Positions 61,961-64,000 of a DNA stretch of 64,000 nt are shown here, piece by piece; the first letter of the stretch is position 1; every line of letters begins with the position of its first letter. Made by a program: the position numbers and the translations under genes. The notes beneath the pieces are model-generated. The model was given only the letters and a program-made list of their open reading frames with translations, was not told where the DNA came from and made no database searches. The stretch is taken from positions 54,696 through 118,695 of the IMG/VR virus record IMGVR_UViG_3300009551_000003; one strand, given 5' to 3'. This DNA is from a virus.

Positions 61961-62259
61961 CAGTCGTCCTGATCTCGGTAGCCGCGATAGTGCTCGGTCC
62001 AATCGGACAACAGCACGACAAGAGCGCCGAGCCACGCGCGCATGTGCAACGTCGCGGTTGCACGCTCGATCCATTCGCAGTCGTCGGTCTCGCCGACGCC
62101 GCGCACTGGGCCGCACTTCGCGAGGATCACGATCTCGTCGATCTCGCCGCGCTTCGCTTCGGCCAGCGTCCTCTCCAAGAGCGCGACCACTTCAGCGCGA
62201 ATCTCTTCGACCGGAGTGACTTTCTTGGCGACGCGGAGACGATGAATGTTGTCGGTCAC
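61960..62259 (-). CDS. hypothetical protein
   Basis: VVALLERTLAEAKRGEI; coupled. Confidence 0.6.
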   Translation of the reverse strand: MTDNIHRLRVAKKVTPVEEIRAEVVALLERTLAEAKRGEIDEIVILAKCGPVRGVGETDDCEWIERATATLHMRAWLGALVVLLSDWTEHYRGYRDQDD

Positions 62260-62555
62260 TTTCGCCCCGCGATCTCGGAATACTCAATCAGAAACTCACG
62301 CGTTTCGTGATTATGCGTGAGCACCATGAACTGACCTTCGATCGGAGGGATGACTTTCAGGCGGTAACTGTCATAGCCCTCGCACGCAATCATGACCTCA
62401 AGCGGCTGCCCGTGGGCCTGAAAGGTCGCAATCTGGCAACCCTCTTCATACCGGACCCTAACCGTATCCTTGTTCGGGTGATCGACGAGCGCGGCAACGT
62501 CCACAAGTATGCCACGATCAGGGTCGTAGCCTTGAAGTTTATTATATTGGGACAT
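62256..62555 (-). CDS. hypothetical protein
   Basis: Coupled ORF. Confidence 0.55.
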   Translation of the reverse strand: MSQYNKLQGYDPDRGILVDVAALVDHPNKDTVRVRYEEGCQIATFQAHGQPLEVMIACEGYDSYRLKVIPPIEGQFMVLTHNHETREFLIEYSEIAGRK

Positions 62556-62898
62556 TCAAAACTCCGGCTCCGGCCTCTCGCAACTTCTGATTTTGCGCAA
62601 CCTTGAGCTTGCGCATCTCCAGCAAGAAATCTTTCTGTTTTTCGGACGCGTCGTTCCACGCTGGCCCGAATGATTCCCATGGCTCGTCGCCCTTGTGGGT
62701 CGAAAGGATCAGCCATTTGTCGCCGGCCTGCCGGCTAAGCTGTTCGACGCGGAATGTCAGATCGTCGGCGCGCTTGACCACGCGGAAGGCACGACTTGGC
62801 ACCATATGCGCGATGATCGTGTCGGTCGGATCATTGAGCGCATTGAGAATGCGATCGATGTCTTCCGCTGTCAGCGCTCCGATTTTCTGGATCGTCAT
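62542..62898 (-). CDS. hypothetical protein
   Basis: Start MTIQKIG overlapping the upstream stop. Confidence 0.55.
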   Translation of the reverse strand: MTIQKIGALTAEDIDRILNALNDPTDTIIAHMVPSRAFRVVKRADDLTFRVEQLSRQAGDKWLILSTHKGDEPWESFGPAWNDASEKQKDFLLEMRKLKVAQNQKLREAGAGVLNVPI

Positions 62899-63257
62899 CA
62901 GAACAACTTGAAATCGAATTGATGAATCTCGCAGACTTGTTTGGCCCAGCCGATGAACGCTGCATTGTGCATGGCGTGGGGTGATACCGCGCCGGTCTTG
63001 CGCTCGTGCAGATGGATCATCTCGTGAGCCATAACCCGAACTAGCTCCGCGAGATTGCCGATGCAGTTCACACTGATACCGATCTCGTGGAGCTTTTGTT
63101 TCTTGTGCCACAGATACCAGCCGCGCGAATCTTTCGACCGCATCAACGTGAACTTCACGTCATGGCTGTCAGGCATGTTCCAGCCTTCGAACGGCGGACA
63201 TTCCGCCAGCAAGTCGTAGGCGAGACGCAAGCGCTCCCGGTTAAGCGGTAGGGTCAT
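62898..63257 (-). CDS. SprT-like zinc metalloprotease
   Basis: MAHEMIHL...H...F. Confidence 0.75.
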   Translation of the reverse strand: MTLPLNRERLRLAYDLLAECPPFEGWNMPDSHDVKFTLMRSKDSRGWYLWHKKQKLHEIGISVNCIGNLAELVRVMAHEMIHLHERKTGAVSPHAMHNAAFIGWAKQVCEIHQFDFKLF

Positions 63258-63555
63258 TATCAACCTCGGGTTCTTCCCATTCGAGCTTGATCGCGGCGCC
63301 CTCGACCGGGATTTTGGTCGCGGTGATCTCGACCCCGGCATCCATTTTCGGCGCCAGTTCTTCGGCCAATCCTCGCGGGATGTAGCCGAGAACCTGATTG
63401 AACATTCCGACTTGGATGGCATTCGCGTCGTATTTGTTCTTTGGCTCGCGCCTGAGCCACAACGTCTCGCCACCGCGAAGCCGCATGATGATGTTGCCGG
63501 CGCCAAGGTGGAAGCTGGAGCCTGCGATCGTGGACTTGCGAACGATGGTCGTCAT
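63241..63555 (-). CDS. stand-alone HIRAN domain protein
   Basis: IAGSSF...LRREPKNKYDANAI.V...LGYIPR..A..LAP. Confidence 0.85.
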   Translation of the reverse strand: MTTIVRKSTIAGSSFHLGAGNIIMRLRGGETLWLRREPKNKYDANAIQVGMFNQVLGYIPRGLAEELAPKMDAGVEITATKIPVEGAAIKLEWEEPEVDNDPTA

Positions 63556-63956
63556 TTGAACCACCTCAATAGACTGTCACGACAGGCCTCGCCGACTTCG
63601 GCGTTGGTCGCGTCGCGCGGCTTGGCGTCGATCCACTTTTCGTTGATCGGATAGAAGACGCGAGCGTGTTCACCATCGCCGACCGTCTGACGCTCGTTGA
63701 ACGTCACTGTGCCGTCGTAAGGGATGCTCTCGTGAATTTCGGTAGCCTCTTGGTGATAGGTGTCGCCGCCGACGTAAAGCTCTGGACGCCCGGCCACAAG
63801 AATGCAAGAGCCCGGCTGTTGATTATTGTCCATTCCGCCGTCAGGGCCGCACTTAATCTCGATATAATTGTGAGTGCAACGAGACGTGTGAGTTGTATCG
63901 TAAAGCTTTGCGGCCATCCTGTAACGGACGTTGCAAAAACAGCCGGCCACGATCAC
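63552..63956 (-). CDS. hypothetical protein (start uncertain)
   Basis: ORF whose stop overlaps the HIRAN start. Confidence 0.45.
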   Translation of the reverse strand: MIVAGCFCNVRYRMAAKLYDTTHTSRCTHNYIEIKCGPDGGMDNNQQPGSCILVAGRPELYVGGDTYHQEATEIHESIPYDGTVTFNERQTVGDGEHARVFYPINEKWIDAKPRDATNAEVGEACRDSLLRWFK

Positions 63957-64000
63957 GCTATCGAAGTGCCACGGATGATCATGGATCGTCGAGACGCCCG

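Overview
This window is about 64 kb of a GC-rich tailed-phage genome with siphovirus-type gene order. The host is probably an alphaproteobacterium, inferred from CtrA-like TTAACCAT boxes and sigma70-type promoters that mostly lack the -7 T. The plus strand (1-37.7 kb) is the late region. It holds a partial ADP-ribosyltransferase-like gene, the scaffold, two large fibre genes inserted before the major capsid gene, connector and tail genes with a G/GT -1 frameshift, the tape measure, tail tip and fibre genes, a sugar-nucleotide and glycosyltransferase cassette (GT9-like, gmd, two GT-like, fcl-like, Maf/sialyltransferase-like) and a GH108 lysis module. The minus strand (37.8-64 kb) is the early/replication region. 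It holds nucleotide-pool enzymes, a Ycf46-like AAA+ module whose genes share a start-associated motif, a SNF2 helicase, a family A DNA polymerase, an SSB, a Cas4-like nuclease, and PAP2, HIRAN and SprT-like genes. Best candidates for undescribed biology: (1) a late-operon glycosylation cassette in which three transferase-like proteins end in G-[LQ]-K-A and the Fcl homologue lacks the epimerase Cys; (2) a fibre linker motif split at the same point between a small ORF and a large fibre ORF at two loci, one small ORF being a stand-alone copy of the scaffold C-terminus; (3) the AAA+ module with repeated leader elements, back-to-back with a small CtrA-box transcription unit. All family calls come from motif recognition by eye; no database searches were run.
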